Assembly (NCBI GenBank): GCA_005191425.1
Contig: SUPR01000120.1
Location: 1 to 8,908, forward strand
DNA length: 8,908 nucleotides
Direction: 5' to 3'
Source: Candidatus Helarchaeota ASGARD archaeon Hel_GB_B
GTDB taxonomy: Archaea; Asgardarchaeota; Lokiarchaeia; Helarchaeales; HEL-GB-B
The first letter of the stretch is position 1. Every line of letters begins with the position of its first letter. This document shows positions 7,312 through 8,908 of this stretch, one piece after another. The notes beneath the pieces were generated by a model that ran no database searches, had not been told where the DNA came from, and saw only the letters and a program-made list of their open reading frames with translations. A program made the position numbers and the translations under genes.

Positions 7312-7875
7312 TTAAATTTTAAAATATCTCTCGGTTTTCGATTCTATTAGTGTTAAAGAATTCATAAAGTTATTAATAGAATTTTCGTCGATGAATCCCG
7401 TAGTTAAAATAGGTCTCCAAGAGTTGTTATAAAAAATCAAAGAGATACAATGATTTCCGTTATAAGTTCCACATACTGAATAACACGAAATATTTTTTTC
7501 ATAGAAAATTGAACAAAGTAAAATTGATTTATCACTACAAATTCCTTTTCCTTTCGCTAGAGTCGTTGTAGCATTTTGACATCGAGTCGATAAATTTTTC
7601 AATTGATCATAATCATAAGGAAAATTCAAAATCCAATCTTGTATATCGCGAATCGTGGTTAAATTTTTAGCTAATTCTTTAATTTGGTTATTAGAATCGA
7701 AACAATATCCCCATAACTGTTCCTGTTTCAATAAATCATTTTTCTTAATTAATTCTTCTAAGTTATATTCATATTTTTCAAAAAGATATCGATTTTTAAA
7801 TTCTTCATTCGCAATGACGATTATTAAAAAATTAATTAAAATTAATATTAAAATAAATAAAATTTTTTTAATCAT
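7312..7875 (-). CDS. Exported or membrane-tethered transglutaminase-like (papain-fold) protein, 187 aa
   Basis: Hydrophobic N-terminal helix. Core motifs IQDWIL..PYD, TTTLAKGKGICSDKSILLCSI (catalytic Cys113 context), GTYNGNHC (His142) and NNSWRPI. Confidence 0.78.
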   Translation of the reverse strand: MIKKILFILILILINFLIIVIANEEFKNRYLFEKYEYNLEELIKKNDLLKQEQLWGYCFDSNNQIKELAKNLTTIRDIQDWILNFPYDYDQLKNLSTRCQNATTTLAKGKGICSDKSILLCSIFYEKNISCYSVCGTYNGNHCISLIFYNNSWRPILTTGFIDENSINNFMNSLTLIESKTERYFKI

Positions 7876-7948
7876 AGTTTATTTTAATTTTATTATATTT
7901 AAAATTTCTGAATCGAAAATTTAAAAATTAAAAAATTAAATTTTAAAA

Positions 7949-8653
7949 TTATCCTTGAGCTATTGGAGGAGTGCATTTCTCAGTTCCATCTGGTGAGAAA
8001 CAGTAGTTTTCACTTGGATATCTGGAGACTGGAGTTCCATTTGAACTGGTGACATAGAATTTCATTTGCCAAGAAATCGTTGAACTCTTAATTTGATAAC
8101 ATTTCCCATTATCACAGATTTCGAAAAATCCACAATCTTCACTCGTGTTACAAGAACCGGTGACAAATTTTTCCTTGGTTTTTTTGCACATTACTTCAAC
8201 TTCTCTATGTCCTTCAGGAGTATAAGTGATCTCTGCTAAAATACAACCATCGGAATTAGTTTTCGGAAGTCCTGTCGCCGGATCACAAGGTTCTAAATTT
8301 CCACAACTCAAATCAGTGCAAATATTTCCGCAATATAGGTCTAAGTACTGTTGAGCAAATTCAATAGCTTCTTCTTCGAAATTCGGTGAATTTGGATCTA
8401 AAAGTAAATTTTCGGGTTTATAACAACTGTAAATTGTGAAACTGATATCCGATCCTATACTCCAAGTACCTTCATCTCGAATTTCTCCTTTATCACAATA
8501 GCAATTATCAGCAAAAGGGGTTTCACTACAATGTCGCGGTTGATCCATTGCAATAGACCAAATTGAGAGTCCTATTTTTGAAAATATTAAGAACATTGAA
8601 GCTACTAAAATTATTATAATAAAAATTTTATTTTTATTTTTTCTTCTTTTCAT
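7949..8653 (-). CDS. Cys-rich exported or membrane-anchored protein, about 234 aa
   Basis: The track start at 8701 is a TTG followed by an AT-only stretch. ATG 8653 gives a basic-then-hydrophobic N-terminus (MKRRKNKNKIFIIIILVASMFLIF). The protein has 16 Cys, including CNTSEDCGFFEICDNGKC. Confidence 0.8.
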   Translation of the reverse strand: MKRRKNKNKIFIIIILVASMFLIFSKIGLSIWSIAMDQPRHCSETPFADNCYCDKGEIRDEGTWSIGSDISFTIYSCYKPENLLLDPNSPNFEEEAIEFAQQYLDLYCGNICTDLSCGNLEPCDPATGLPKTNSDGCILAEITYTPEGHREVEVMCKKTKEKFVTGSCNTSEDCGFFEICDNGKCYQIKSSTISWQMKFYVTSSNGTPVSRYPSENYCFSPDGTEKCTPPIAQG

Positions 8654-8694
8654 AATTTTATAAATTTTTAAATTATTTATAATTTTATTTTTAA

Positions 8695-8907
8695 TTACCA
8701 ATTAAATAACCCGGCGATCCAACTTAAAATTAAATTAAAAAACTCAGCGATTTTTTCCCAAATCGAAGGTTGAACCGGTTGAGTAATACATTCCCCAATC
8801 GCAACACAACGATTATCTGAAGAACAGGTAAAAGTTATCCCAACACAAGGAGGCTCCGGGCAATCTTCGTCGACCATACATTGGATAACTCTCGGATTAC
8901 ATTCTCC
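8695..8907 (-). CDS. C-terminal part of a Cys-rich surface protein with an amphipathic tail; 5'-partial
   Basis: The frame stays open beyond the track's ATG 8877 to the window edge (GECNPRVIQC-MVDEDC...), so that Met is probably internal. It contains CMVDEDCPEPPCVGITFTCSSDNRC and ends IWEKIAEFFNLILSWIAGLFNW. Confidence 0.75.
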   Translation of the reverse strand, partial: GECNPRVIQCMVDEDCPEPPCVGITFTCSSDNRCVAIGECITQPVQPSIWEKIAEFFNLILSWIAGLFNW

Positions 8908-8908
8908 A

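Noticed and set aside
7655-7924. 89-aa plus-strand ORF from the track
   Set aside because: Antisense to the transglutaminase-like gene and extends into AT-only spacer; low-complexity I/K/F product.
8654-8701. N-terminal extension from the TTG start at 8701, overlapping the upstream stop codon
   Set aside because: It mostly translates an A/T-only spacer; ATG 8653 gives a normal basic-hydrophobic N-terminus.
8695-8877. Stand-alone 60-aa protein as given in the track
   Set aside because: The frame is open to the window edge and the Met lies inside a Cys module, so it is probably the end of a longer gene.
1-8908. Definite assignment as a virus, provirus or other mobile element
   Set aside because: No capsid, terminase, integrase, transposase, replication gene or att-like repeat is visible; RHH and tailspike-like folds also occur in cellular genomes.

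Overview
This very AT-rich window has no housekeeping, tRNA, rRNA, CRISPR or recognisable mobile-element genes. It holds seven co-oriented minus-strand genes for exported or membrane-anchored proteins and one plus-strand ribbon-helix-helix (RHH) regulator. The ORF track misses two real genes: a 3'-truncated ORF of at least 633 aa at 1..1899 (signal peptide, right-handed beta-helix, LamG lectin domain) and a 56-aa RHH gene at 7129..7299. Other products are a glycosylated membrane-anchored protein with a Gly linker and CGNGVC motif, an 868-aa Ig-like protein carrying five tandem beta-propeller-blade repeats (153-nt period), a transglutaminase-like protein and small Cys-rich proteins. The motif set and dense N-x-S/T sequons suggest a DPANN-type archaeon or one of its viruses or elements; this is inference, not a database result. 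The most notable signal is the propeller array, which appears to be inserted inside an Ig-like domain and differs in TCGA content from the rest of its gene.
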